In this document: positions 1-12,063 of the stretch, piece after piece
Position numbering within the stretch: the stretch's first letter is position 1
How the letters are laid out: each line of letters begins with the position of its first letter
Source: Tricharina praecox
Taxonomy: Eukaryota
Assembly (NCBI RefSeq): GCF_024521635.1
Contig: NW_026250461.1
Span: 1-56,456, forward strand
Direction of reading: 5' to 3'
DNA: 56,456 bases
The notes under the pieces: generated by a model
Seen by the model: only the letters and a program-made list of their open reading frames with translations
The model's database searches: none
Told to the model about the DNA's origin: nothing
Made by a program: the position numbers and the translations under genes

Positions 1-66
1 GAGGAGCTGAGAATGGCCAACTACAAGGCTGGCTGGAAGTTTCCTGACCAGAAGTGGAGGGTCTAG
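1..66 (+). CDS. 3' end (partial, window edge) of a GLEBS-motif small protein, paralog of the array genes
   Basis: Translates EELRMANYKAGWKFPDQKWRV*, nearly identical to the C-terminus EELRMADYKAGWKFPEMKWR* of ORF 31930..32463(-). Confidence 0.8.
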   Translation, partial: EELRMANYKAGWKFPDQKWRV

Positions 67-253
67 GCCCTAGGGGGTGGGATTGCGTTGCGGGTGAGTT
101 CCTTTTTTGTTTTAAAAGTACGAGATACCAAATAAATCTCTTTTTTTCTTAACGACTTCTTCTTGTAATGGTGATATTGTAGGTACATACATGTCGTAAC
201 AGCCAGCCATACCTTCCAACCTTCCTTCCCCACTGTGACATACGCGTGCTATT
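1..253 (+). repeat. Inverted dispersed copy of the 3' part of the GLEBS-gene repeat unit
   Basis: Bases ~95-253 (e.g. 'tgtaatggtgatattgtag', 'cagccagccat', 'ttccaaccttccttccccactgtgacatacgcgtgctat') are the reverse complement of ~31741-31910, with similar segments at ~27260-27420 and ~29860-30000. Confidence 0.9.
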
Positions 254-286
254 ACTCTGTGGTCCCCAATCCCACCCATCCACTCC

Positions 287-911
287 CTACACCCCCGCTC
301 CCGCCCTCGCCGCAGCCACCTCACCCATTCTCGCAAACACCGCCGACGGATCCAAAAAGATCTGCATTCGCTGTGCCCTCATCACCCCGCCCTCCCCCTC
401 CGCCTCCTCGGGCCAATCACACACGGCCAACCCACGGACCGTAAACACCTCCCTCTTCGGATCCCCCTTGACGACGTACGTGATATCGGCCGCCTGGTAT
501 ACCCTGCCAGTGCCAGGGACGATATCGAAGTGCACTACCTCGTGCTCCATCGAGTCGAGTGCGGCAAAGGTTTGCGTGAACATCTGCTCGTGTTAATAAC
601 GTTTGGAAGGAGGGACTCAGGAATGACCTGGGGACGGATAGGGGAGGGATGATGGGGGGAGGGGACGGGGGAAACCCACGGCGAGGATGTTCTCGCGCCC
701 ACTCACGGGTGGCAGGTTGCCGAAGTGGATCGTCGCCGTGGGCGTGAAGAACTTGTCGACGTAATTCTCTGCGTCGAGGGCGGCGCTGGTCGAGTGGAAC
801 TGCTCCACGTTAGCTGGTTAGCTGGTGGAATAGAGGCCGTGGGTGGGGAAGGTGGACGTCAAGAAGCCATTGGTGGATTTCCTCGCGGGACGGTATGGCG
901 GGCGGGGACAT
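287..911 (-). CDS. SnoaL-like / NTF2-fold small protein (3 exons)
   Basis: Spliced model with exons 911-858, 799-680 and 583-287 (GT-AG introns 800-857 and 584-679). Gives MSPPAIPSREEIHQWLLDFHSTSAALDAENYVDKFFTPTATIHFGNLPPVSGRENILAMFTQTF...; the 'FFTP.A.I.FGN.P...GR..I' pattern is typical of SnoaL_2. Confidence 0.8.
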
Positions 912-1304
912 TGCTTGGGATTGTTCGTATTGTGGGATGGGGCGGATGGATCGTATCGTAGTTTATCTTATCTTGCTTCACAGTTACATACCTGTACAAT
1001 GTACAGTGCTGCGAGTGATGGATGAATTACTAATCAGCAACCTGGTAAGTTGATTTCAAATGGAGACGATGCCCCGCAGGTAGTTAAGTGGGACCTGGAT
1101 GAATACTAGCCCTCGATCCAGTCCCTATCGTGCGAGACCACTCACACTGCCCCGGGTACATGCAATAACAATCAAGCGGTGCAAACAATTCCCAATAACA
1201 CAAACCAGATGTTCAAATTTAGAGTAGACCGACTCAAACGCCGAAGCATCGAAAACCAACCCAGAACAAAAAGACAGAAGCAATTAAACAGGAAGATGGT
1301 TCAT

Positions 1305-2330
1305 CTAGTATACACTCGGCAAACCCAGGAACCTCTTAAGGAGGATTGCAGTCAACAGCACGACCAACGCAAAAATGATCCGGTCCAGCCAGAATGTCTC
1401 TTCACGTGCTTGCTGCTGCAGCGGGGGTGCAAAGCGCGGATCTAGATATGGCGGTAATGCTCCTTGCAGGTGTGCGGGTACTCCGTTCTGCTCTCTGCCG
1501 GGCGGAAGATGTCCGTTCATAGGTGGTGGGGCTTGTTGCGGTTGCGGTTGTGGTTGCGGCTGTGGCTGTGGCTGCGACGGCTGCTGCTGTGGCACCGCCG
1601 GCTGGGTTGGGGTAGGAGTTGCATCTGCCGCCGGCCCATCGCCGTTTGTGCCGCCCTGAGCCCCTTCACCCTCCTCCTTCTTGACCTTGAAACCGATCTT
1701 GAGCTCAGCTGGAGTTTCTTCCTCCACCTTCGCATCCAATCCCATTTCCTTGGCCGCCGCTTCGCTCTCCTTCAGGATCTCGACACTGCTCTTTCCGCAC
1801 GTCTCACACTTCCACTCCCCGCTCGTCTCGGCAATCTTCCTCCGCTGGTCGTCACTGCACTCCAGCGCACCGACCTGTCCTTGAGGCTCACTCTCCATGA
1901 ACCCACGTAGCGCGACCACCGCCGTCCGCACCCCCCACGCCGGCAGCCACGTATCCTCATGGTGGTCCGAGATGCTCAGACAGATCTCACGGTTGACCTC
2001 GAAGCGTCCGCTGGGCGAGAGGAACCTAAACGACGGGGGGCGCATGGGGTAGGCGGAGGGCAGGTTTATCCGGCCGTGGTAGATCCCGTTCGCGTAGGGG
2101 GACTCCGGCGGCCCGCGCATCGTGAAGTGCCATTCGAACAGGTTGTTCTCGAGCGGTGCCGCAAAGTAGTCCGGCGACGGCGAGTTCGCTAATTCGGCGG
2201 CTTCGCGCACTGTGCAGCGTTAAGTAAGTAACTGTGTCCCTGGCCGGGAGTGCGCGTGCGGGTGCATACGAATCCGCTTTATCGTCGGCGACTTTTTGTT
2301 GTAGGTTGGAGTTTCCGAGCTGCTCGCCAT
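1305..2330 (-). CDS. UBC6: ER-anchored ubiquitin-conjugating enzyme E2 (Ubc6/UBE2J1-like)
   Basis: TIKRI|LREA start with intron 2210-2269; motifs EWHFT.RGP, YP..PP and SGRFEVNREICLSIS (catalytic Cys; SGRF variant of the J-class E2s); PQ-rich linker and a C-terminal transmembrane anchor. Confidence 0.9.
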
Positions 2331-3108
2331 GCTATGTAATGAGCTAGGCTTGAGCTACCTCACGGTTGCTGACTAGATGGTGCCTTGTCGGCTAACGATG
2401 ACGTTTAGGTCGGGTTCTGGTTGGTGCTTAGCTGCTCGACGTTGCAGCACGGGGGAGCAGGAAGGATGGATAATCGGTCTTGGGGAGTTGAACTGGAGGT
2501 CGTGATTGGGATCAGGTAAGGTGTCCTGTTTCGGATATGCATCTGCAGCTCTTCTATGATGCGAGGCCGCCGGGTAATAACGTCATGGCTGGCGGCTGAA
2601 AGAAACTCTACTAGGTATACCCTAAGCCCTACTAGAATTTGTCTACCTAGTACTACTTACAGGGACAACCATCTTCCGAGACGATATTTGGGTCTGGATA
2701 ATCACTTCATGTTGAGGAGTGCAGACGTCAATGCGTAGTTAATCTGACGAATCGCCGAGTTTTCAGATTTCCCGCTGGGTCACAAAATTCGCGAGTGACA
2801 AACTGTGATTGCCAGAAACTGGGGGCACATCATGTGAATACTTCAAGTGCTTGCTTTAAGCACCCAATATTGGTGAACGAAACCCACCCAACCAATCATC
2901 GCGCCACTATTTGTTGGGTACGAATTCCGCACAAAATTCACAGGATCTTCATTTTAGGGTCTAAAACATTATGTGTTCATGAATCCGGAAATGTAAAACC
3001 GAATTGAAAAAAGCGTATCATCTAGGTAAGAGGAAGTAAATCTATGAATTCTAGCTTCAGATCGGAGTATCACCGAAGCTACGGAAAATCAGTAGATCGA
3101 TGGAGCGG

Positions 3109-5442
3109 TCATCTTAGATATGTCAGAAAATATCTTCCCAGCAGCTCCCCCTCGTCATGACCGGGCATAAGCGCCACCTCGGGGGTTGCCTCCTCCTCCT
3201 CCTCCTTGTAATAACCAGGCATAAGCTCCATCTCGGGGGTTTTCTCCAACTCCGCCTCCCACCAACTTCCCACCCCTTTTATCTCCTTCTTCTCCTTGAA
3301 TATGGGTTCACCATCCTCACCATCATCGTCGAAACTCTCAATCTCCCGCTTAGGTCCCATGAATCTGACTCTAAACAGCTGGCCAATGTGTTTTTCGCCG
3401 GGTATTTCCAGAGTTCCCTCTACCTCCGCCGACTGCGGTAGACACAACTCGGGACGGGGGCCTTCGGTGTGAGCGACCCATTCAATGACGGTATCGAATT
3501 CACCTGGGTGGCCCGAGAGGACTGATTCCGAGGGGGAGCTGGAGCTGGAGCGTTTCACCGGGGAAGGCAAACGGAACTCCGGGTTCTTGGGCTTGGGAAG
3601 AACGATCCTATCGGCATCGCCATTGGAAGATCCAGCGTATTCGTCATCATCAAATACATCCGGCTCGTCCGCGAGTTCAAATTCGTCAAATTCGTCGTCA
3701 AACTCGTCGACTTCTTCGTAGGATCCGTAGTCGTTGGTGTCTTCGTCGAAGATGACACGCTCCAGCTTTACCGGCTCTGCCCAGGGCTCTTTGGGGATGG
3801 GTCTTCTCTTGGCCGGAAAGCTGGCCGTAACGACGGTTTTGTCGTCCTCCTGGCTGAGCTCCACTTTCATCTTGGTGTTTTCTACGAGGACTTCCGGTGC
3901 TGCAAACATGGTTAGCTAGTTTCGTCTCAACAGAGAACTAGGGAGCTCACTCTTCTCCGTCGCCTTGATGCTGCGCATGACATCCACAAATGCCTCGGGT
4001 CTGAAATGGCAAGCTCTGCGCAGCTTGAATGACCCCTCCCACAACTTGGAAGCGTCCAGGATTATCTCGACACATTTGACCTCCCAGACCCTGCCACCAA
4101 GGCTCGCAAAAATCCGTTCCGTCTCCCGCAGGGCCTCGCAGCGGAGCTTCCTCCAATCTTGTTTGTCCCACACGTTCTCCCTAGGATTGAATGAATTCCC
4201 ATATTTCTTACGGAGAAACATATCCTTCTGAATTTCGCTGTCGTCTCTGGTCCATTCTTCTCGGATGAGCTCCGGGATGAGGTGCAAAAGCCGTTCACTC
4301 ATCAGTAGTCTAAGGACTGTTTCGAGTGACGGCGGGAACTCCTCAGTCGTGTACTGATAAGAGTGATGCTGCACCAGTTTCAGTCCGTCACTGCAAGCCG
4401 TGTACGGCGCGTTGATGTCGCTGTCCGACTCCTCCTGTGGTTTCAAGACGAAAACTGCGATCTGCGAGCAATCCCCAAAGGCCTTCCGAAGGATGTCCAC
4501 TCCCTTGTCGTCGTCATCGACGTCGCAGACAATCCCCTTCAGTTCTCCCCATTTATCCGTTCCCTTCAGGAACGAATCAGGGCTTCCACAAGCCTCGGCC
4601 GCCTCCCGCAGCACGTCGGTAGCATTCTCCCCGCCCACCTCTCCCATCCCCCTTCCGAGACCACCCACACCACAGAACTGTACATCGTACCCGAACTCCT
4701 CGGCCGCCTGCAACGCCCAGGATCTGAAATCCTGTCTCGTCCACTCGAAGCGATGGTCGTGGTGCCTCATGAGATATGGGACCCCGTCGCGACGGTACCT
4801 CTCAGCCGCCGGCGCGTTGGGATCCAGGTTCGACAAGAAGTCGAAGAGCGCATTGAACTCTCTATTCGGCGTGGTGACGATGCAAACCTTCGGTTTCAGC
4901 TTTCCCAGCAGAGTTGGTGCAAACTGCGAGCGTGGGCCAGGGTCGAGATGTTCAAGTACTAGACACTCCTCGTTAGTTTCTATGTACCCTTTCGATTGCG
5001 GGGAAATTAGGTTGCGCCCACCTTCGGCAGAGACAATCACCTCATGGTAGCCGACGTCCTCGATCCGCAGCGCTTCGAAACTTCCTTGAAGCAGCCTAAT
5101 GTCGAGACCACGCCATCTGTCCTCTTCGTCCCCAAACGGCTGTTCTAGAAACATCCAACTCTTGCTCTGCGCAACTTCGTCATCGATGTCGACACCTGTC
5201 ATCTGCCCCAGAGGCAACTCGTCTTCACACGGGACCAAACGACGGATGAAGGTTGCTTCGCCGCAGCCAACGTCAAGAAGCCTGGGGATGTTTCCTGCGA
5301 ACCGCGGAGTGGCAGCAATTGAGCGCAGAATGTCGTGGATGGCACGCTGTCTCTGGATCTGAAGAGGTGGTTCAAATACCAGATATGGAATATCGGGAGG
5401 AGGGGGCGAACCGTCTTCCGACGGTGGAAGGGGGATGTCCAT
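3109..5442 (-). CDS. HEN1: HEN1-family small RNA 2'-O-methyltransferase with an acidic C-terminal extension
   Basis: Motifs FEPPLQIQR, LLDVGCGE (SAM binding), AE|VLEHL, VTTPNREFN and RHHDHRFEWTR. Introns 4959-5021 (in frame) and ~3900-3950 join ORF 3916..5442 to ORF 3109..3909. Confidence 0.9.
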
Positions 5443-5745
5443 GGTGTTTTGTCGCTGTTTTCTTTCTTGGCGTTGGGTGGATGTTATTGGATGGAGTTGA
5501 AATACGGTTGAAGCGGGATGTAGAAGTAGGATGTTGCCGACAACCCTAATTGGTGATCGACATGTGCACTAGCTAAACTTTATCACATCACTCTATAGAT
5601 TAGAGTGCACATAGGGCTGAAGCCTCAGGGGACATCTAGTGCCGGAGTAAGTGAACATTCGGATCGGGGGAATTAAAATCCAAATGCGGTAATATACTAG
5701 CATTTATTTATTTTATTTTCTCACGCTCCATGGCCCCGCAGAGAC

Positions 5746-5969
5746 CGAAAATCACAATATTTCGGCCAGTTCTTGCCCGTTTTCTTCGATAAAACACTCT
5801 TCTGGATCGCATGAGCACGCGCATTCTATTGGTTCTATTCTTCAACAGGTCTGTCACTAATACCATTGACCGCGCTTCCGCAGCCTACTCTAGAGCTCTA
5901 GCGCTTCAGCGCTCGACAACCCCGCCGGGAACGAATATCACAATTTCTCGGCCAGTTCTTGCCCATTTT
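5746..5969. repeat. Pair of ~38-bp imperfect direct repeats
   Basis: cgaaaatcacaatatttcggccagttcttgcccgtttt (5746) versus cgaatatcacaatttctcggccagttcttgcccatttt (5932). Confidence 0.75.
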
Positions 5970-6329
5970 CCAAAGCGCAGATGTACAAAGCTCATCAACA
6001 GGTTAGCGATAAGTCAGAATTGTAGTAGATTGTAGGTAATTAGTTTCCATTTATGTACAAAATATCCTTTATCACGGCAATTAGCCACCATGTTGTGGTG
6101 CCAAGACGTCCCAATCGGGCAACTGGGTGTTGCAAGACTGCCCAATCGGGCATTGTGGCTGTTCAGCTGCTGGACATTCCCAGGGCCTCTCCATACTAAA
6201 TCTTTTTTCGTCTATTTATTTTTAATTTTGGTTGCCACTCAACCACAACGTTTTTTTTAAAAAAAGGGCGCTGTATAAATCATCTCCTGCCTCTTCTCTA
6301 TCACTGTACAGAGCTTTTTTTTTTTAAAA

Positions 6330-7214
6330 AAAAACGGCTTTTTACCCTCGTGCACCCCTCCGGCGCTGAAATAGCGCCCATGTACCCCCCTATCCTCGAT
6401 GTACCCCACGCAAAATTTTATAATTAAAGTACGGTAATTGTTTACCGCAACAAAACAGATTTACTCCTCCACCACCACCATAAACCAGATTTTAGTTCAA
6501 TTAAAGTACGGCAATTCTTCACCACAACAAAATAGAGGCCCTTTCTTATGGCAAATGGGCCGAAATCTACAAAGCGGCTGTGACACCGTTCGACTGGGAG
6601 GGCTTCAACAAAATCATCAAGGAGGACTCGGGCTCAGACTCTCCGCGCCAGGCAGAAGAGACTAGAGAGAACCGACTTCAGCTTCAATCCTGCAAGCCAC
6701 CATTGACCAAGATACCGCGGGGTAGACCGGCAAAAAAGCGAGTACAGAAGGGCGACATGCGGAGGAAGGGGTACACTCCTAGCAATGGTGGATCTAGTCT
6801 GCCGGACGTGTCTAATAAACCTCCGCCACGCTGTAGCATCTGCAGTGGTGTTGGTCACTATGCGCCCAAATGTAGGCAGCCACACAGGTAAGCAATTACT
6901 GAAAACCCGGAAAAAGAAAAAACGCTGCTACATACGTGGTTCTGGTGGGTAGAACTACAATCTGGCTTTTAGTGGTGGAGAAATAAATCTGTTTTGTTGT
7001 GGTGAAGAATTGCCGTACAGTGACAAAAAAATACATACTTTAATTGAACTAAAATCTGGTTTTTGGTGGTGGTGGAGGAATAAATCTGTTTTGTTGTGGT
7101 AAACAATTACCGTACTCTAATTATAAAATTTTGTGTGGGGTACATCGAGGATAGGGGGGTACATGGGCGCTATTTCAGCGCCGGAGGGGTCCACGAGGGT
7201 AAAAAGCCGTTTTT
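6330..7214. mobile_element. Non-autonomous Mutator-like (MULE) DNA transposon with ~200-bp terminal inverted repeats
   Basis: 6330-~6536 is the near-perfect reverse complement of ~6985-7214 (aaaaacggctttttaccctcg...cgagggtaaaaagccgttttt). The TIRs contain internal sub-repeats and enclose a transposase-like fragment. No clean target-site duplication can be resolved in the A/T-rich flanks. Confidence 0.85.
6580..6891 (+). pseudogene. C-terminal remnant of a MULE-type transposase (RGRP motif plus CCHC zinc knuckle)
   Basis: PPLTKIPRGRPAKKR...RCSICSGVGHYAPKC (C-X2-C-X4-H-X4-C). No DDE domain and no ATG start; lies between the TIRs. Confidence 0.75.
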
Positions 7215-7466
7215 AAAATTAGGTTGTTAACTAACCGAACGTCAAAACGGGAGTGAAACACTCCGGTTTTAGATGTCCCCAACATACAAGGTGTTTTCGG
7301 GGCTTTTGAATATCTTGGCACCTCTGTTCTACACACAATTGGTGAATACCCGATTCGGCTCGGCAGCCCACGGTGACTGTCGGCCAAATAAACACAGCGG
7401 GTTCTATCACCTCCAAGTCGGAGAAACAAGGTCGGGTTCTATCCGGATCCAGAACAGCAACCGCAA

Positions 7467-7500
<34 letters not shown>

Positions 7501-7554
7501 CCCGGTGTTCCCTCCGCCATCTCACAACCTACCCTCAACTTCACAAACCAAGGT

Positions 7555-9192
7555 ATGCCGGTCAAAAATCAACCAGAGTTAAAGCAAAAGAAGCCCAACC
7601 AGTAACGAAGGTGGTACCATGCCCGCGTAAGTACATAGCTCCCACAAGCTCCCATTCCGCAACCGAAATTAACCCGCAGCGGTAACTACAGTCCGTGCTA
7701 CTCTTCCGACCTGGAGGAGGGGGAGGTGGTTGTGAATCCCTCACCTTCCGTCAAGTGCACCCTATATGTATCAAGGTGTTCCGTAATGAGGACCAGATGA
7801 GGAGCCACAAAGAGAGCGCCGACGACCATGCGTACTGTCGGCTGCACAATATCGACTTTCGTTCGTGGGAGGAGCATTGCAAGCACCGCGTTCTCAGTCG
7901 TGGGCATTTCACTTGTCACATCTGTTACAAGGACTTCAAGAGTCAGCGCGGATTGGCGATTCATGCGGATCGGGTATGTTGCTTGCTTGCTGATGCGCGG
8001 TGTGGACCCGAGTGGTGTTGTTGACCAAGCCGCAGGTACACAAGCCCATCGAATATGTGACCTACTTTGTGTGCCGACAGACCTTGAAGGGCAGCAAAAA
8101 CGGGCTCACAATGCACTCGGAGAAGAACTGCAGGGGAGGAATGGCCCACGGAGACTCGATGCACCAGAACGACCATGCCATGAGACCCGGAGCAGTCCAA
8201 CAGTGGGTGATGGATCTCAGAGCTATGGACGACGATGGTTTCCCCACCCAGGACAACATCCATGCCTCTCAGCGCTCAGTCCAGCCACCGACGATCACGC
8301 AGAGAGATATGGGCGGCGACGGCTTTCCCACGCACCACAGAAGCAACAGCTATTCCACTCAGGCCACTGGAAAGTTCCCCACGCAGAACTACAACCAGAA
8401 TAACCACCATGGCTCTCGGCCCGGAGTCCATCAGGCGATGACCACTCTCGGAGATTTGCCCGGCGGAGGTTTCCCACCCAGAACAACAACCGCAGCAGAA
8501 GCAACAGACTTGCCTCTCAGCGCGCATTGAAGCCGCCGATGAGCACGCAAGGAGTTGTGGGCGGCGGTAGCATCCCCACGCATCACAGAAGCAACAGCTA
8601 TTCCACTCGGGCCATCGTAGGCTTCTCCACGCCGAACCACCCCCCGAACCGCCCCCCGAACCACCGCGCCAGACGTGCCGCTTAGCGCGCATCCATGCAG
8701 TGGATTAAGACGCAGGGAGAAGTAGGCGGTGGCGGTGGCAGCGGCGGCGGCTTCCTCACGCACCACGCCCGCAACAGGGTCGACACCACCAGCACCGCCA
8801 GCAACAGAGCCGCCAACGATCTCGGCATCGCCCACCACGAGATGTACAAGTACTTCAACCAGGTTCACGGAAAGTACATTTGCCCGTGCGGCAGCAAGAT
8901 GAATACGTACAACGGCTTGTGGCAGCACCTGGAGGGCCCCGCACATACCCGTCGCAAGGCTGTGTATGAACCCCCCATCCCGTCCATCCCATCCCCCCCT
9001 TCCCCGACGGCTAGAATTGAAGCTGATATGTTGTGTAACTACGTAGCTGCCCCGCCTGCAAGAGGGAATTCAACGCCCCCTCGGCGCTGATCCAGCATCA
9101 AGAGCGGCAGGTGCGGACGCCCAACCGCCCACACCACGGCCGGTGGATCTTCGAAGGACAATAACGAGGAGAACCAGTGGGCTTCCTGGTAA
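7555..9192 (+). pseudogene. Disrupted multi-C2H2 zinc-finger gene
   Basis: Fingers C..C.KVF...H, YCRLH...H, CHICYKDF...H, CPCG...HLEGPAH and CPACKREF...H sit in different frames, with GT-AG introns at ~7627-7679, ~7974-8035 and ~8964-9045. Frameshifts near 7762 and 8472 and an in-frame TAG at 8683-8685. The ends are approximate. Confidence 0.7.
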
Positions 9193-9646
9193 ACGGGTCA
9201 AGGACGAGATCTTTTGGTACGTATATGGCCTCTCATCCCATCCCATCCCATTCCCGGATAGGTACCGAGCTAATATGTTGTTGCACTCCAGGCTTCTGCG
9301 CATTTGAGGTTAACATTTCTTACCATTTCTCTCATTTCATTCACTTCTGTCAGTAGGATGGCTGCACAGTTGTTTGGCGCATTGTCATGGGTTGGGCGTT
9401 TGTACTAGCTTCTTGAGATAGACTGAATCAATGATATCACGAGTGACCTCAAATGACCGATCACCTTTTCCTAGTAGTAGTCTGTTCATGTTCCCGTGGA
9501 CCAGTTCCAGCGAATCACCGTGAGTTTGGTTCACCCATCCATAGCCATACCGTAGACCGTCCCCATACCCATCCATTAAACCCCATCCTATATAACCAAA
9601 AAAGTGTACAACAACCCCCCCCCGCCCGCGCCCCCTTCCCCCACCC

Positions 9647-12063
9647 CTAATCCTCCCTCAACATCCTCAGCAAAAACTCCCTAAAGCTCCCTTTGGCGAC
9701 CTCGACGACCTTCGCACCGACAGACACGCCATACTTCTTCTTGAAGACCTTCTTGACCCTTCTTAGGTGTCTCGGGTCCCAATGGATCCTTGTGGCGCGC
9801 GAGATCAGCAGGTCCTCGCGGCTCTGCTCCACTACCGCTACCAGCGCTTGCTGCAAAAGCTTCGCGTCGCGCAAAGGCCGGTCTGTGACGCCTGAGAGAA
9901 TGTGGAGGAGTGTTTCGCCCTGTGTGTGCATGTGTGAGCGGGGGCGCGGGGGCGGGGTGGGGGGTTGGGGGAAGGGGGGGTAGCTACCACAAGGTTCTTG
10001 GAGTGCTTCATGACAGCCTTCGCCAAGTCGCGCTGATAGACCTGTCTATACAGCTGGGCGACGGCGAGGAGCCATCGATCGGAGCGGTTAACAATAATCC
10101 CGACCATTTCGGTTTCACCACCCGCGGCGCCATTAGTGCGCTCCAGGATCGTGCCAAGTCTTTTAACGTCCTCATGGACGCCCGCTTCTACGAACGGCGC
10201 GGACTCGTCCATGCGGCCGCAGGAGAGCTGCGCCATCACCGCGACGCGGAACTTGTTGGCGGGCAGCTCCTCGGCGACTGCTTTCTCGAGCGACGAGTCG
10301 TATTTGGCGTCCTTGAAGCATGCCTTGATCGCTTCCGTCTCGGCGTTGGATTTGCCCATTAGCGCTTCGATCAGCAGCTCGTTGCGCGTCTCCTTTTTCT
10401 GGTACCAGCCGTTCGAAAACCACGCTTCGCTCTCGTAGGGCCCCAGGGCTACGGCGAAGATGATTTTGCCGAAGGGCGTGGACGTCGTGAAAACGGATTT
10501 TATGTGCTTGGCTAGGTTTACGCCCCGGTAGAGCGTCTTGTATTCTTTGCGCAGCGATTTGAGCTGCTGCGGCGTCAGAGTCGGCAGGATTTCTATTAGT
10601 GGCTGCGGCGAGGGTCGCGTGAATGTGTGTCGGAGCTCGTCGAGGATTGCTTTCGCGTCTGAGGCGGGGTTGTATGTGCGCTCGGGAGATGGGGAGCTGG
10701 CGCGGGAGGGGGCGACATAGGGGGAGGCTATCATTACGGGTCTGCTGTTTGAGGGCGTGTTGGGCTGGTTGTTGGATTGGCTGTGGCCTTCACCTTCGTA
10801 GCTGGGTCGGCCGTGGAAGCTCAGTGATGGCTTAGCGAATGCCGGTGGGCCAATGGAGAAGGAGCCGGATGCCTGGTGCTTTCCTATACCGATGGATCCC
10901 GAGGCGGAGATCAGCGAGTTAGGCTGGGCGGCGAAGACAGGCGACGGCATGGGCGAGATGGACTGGTATGTTCCGTGATAGGGCAGCAAGGCGGGTGAGG
11001 GTGGTGGCAGAGTTCCCGCTGCGTGTGCACTATGGCCGTTGCTACCGCCGCCCGGCGACAGAGAAAGCTTCGACAACGAAGGAATCCCGAGCTTTCCCAG
11101 CTTGCCGGAGAAGCCGCTTCCGTTTGGCTTGCCATTGCCCTCGGTGTAACTAGCATTCGCACCCATCCCGGTCGATGCCGATATAGATTGTGTCAACGAC
11201 TGCGTTGTAGTGGAGTCGGAGAGCACATGGTGGTAATAGTCGGGATTCTCAAACTGTGGTGGTGCCTGTCCGGGAGGATAGACCTTCCCGGCCCCCTCAC
11301 CCGGCAACGGCCCGGTCAGATTGTTCGGATCCAAGTTTGGCGGCATATCGCCGCCGTACGGAACGATCGCCGTCGGACCCCCCGTCTGATACTGGAAAAC
11401 AGTTGGGACGGTAGACTGCAACGCCGGTCTTCCCTGGCCAGACATCGGGAAAGAGGCCGTTTGCGGCGGCGGCGGGGCGGCAATGGTCGTATACACCCCC
11501 GGCTGTGGCGGCGGGAGCGCAGCAATCGAAGTGACACTGTAGGTCCCAGGCTGGGGCGGCGGCGGAGAGGGTACATGTCCGTAGCTGTTCTCGGGCGGCG
11601 GATAGCTAAGGTTGTATGCCACCCCCTGCGGCGGTTTCCCGACGCCATAATCCGCGGGCACATCCGGCGGGTACGACGAGTAATTCGCCGCATGCGTTGC
11701 CTGCGCCTGATTGGACAACGCCCCACCAGCACCGCCGTACACCCCCAGTGCACCCACTGCACCCACTGCAGCCTGCTCACCACCGTAGCCATAACTCCGC
11801 TCGCGCGTCTTTTCACCGGCAGCAGCATCCTTCCTCGCGCGCCGCCGCGCGCCCTCGCGCTCGGTCTCGCTCCCGCCCCTGTCGTCATCGCGCCGCGGTC
11901 CCCTGCTCCGGCTGCGATCGCGCCTGCTGTCGTCCCGCGGCGCGGCCAGTCTGGTCTCCTCGGCCCCGTCGGCCCCCTCCGCGTCCCGCCTGGCGGCTCG
12001 CGCGGCGCGCTTCTGCGCTTTGTGCGCGGCGTAGTCGGGGGAGTCTTTATCCGGTCGCGGCAT
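9647..12063 (-). CDS. ANXC4: Fungal annexin C4-like protein with a long P/Y/G-rich N-terminus
   Basis: Annexin-like core: DAKAI...PLIEILP.LT, VALGPYESEAW, NELLIEALMGKSN, GGETEM, KNLV|GETLLHIL, RDAKLL, RIHW. Intron 9920-9987. Confidence 0.85.

Noticed and set aside
7267..7290. ~20-bp similarity to 40598-40620 (ttttag.tgtccccaac)
   Set aside because: Too short to define a shared element without a search.
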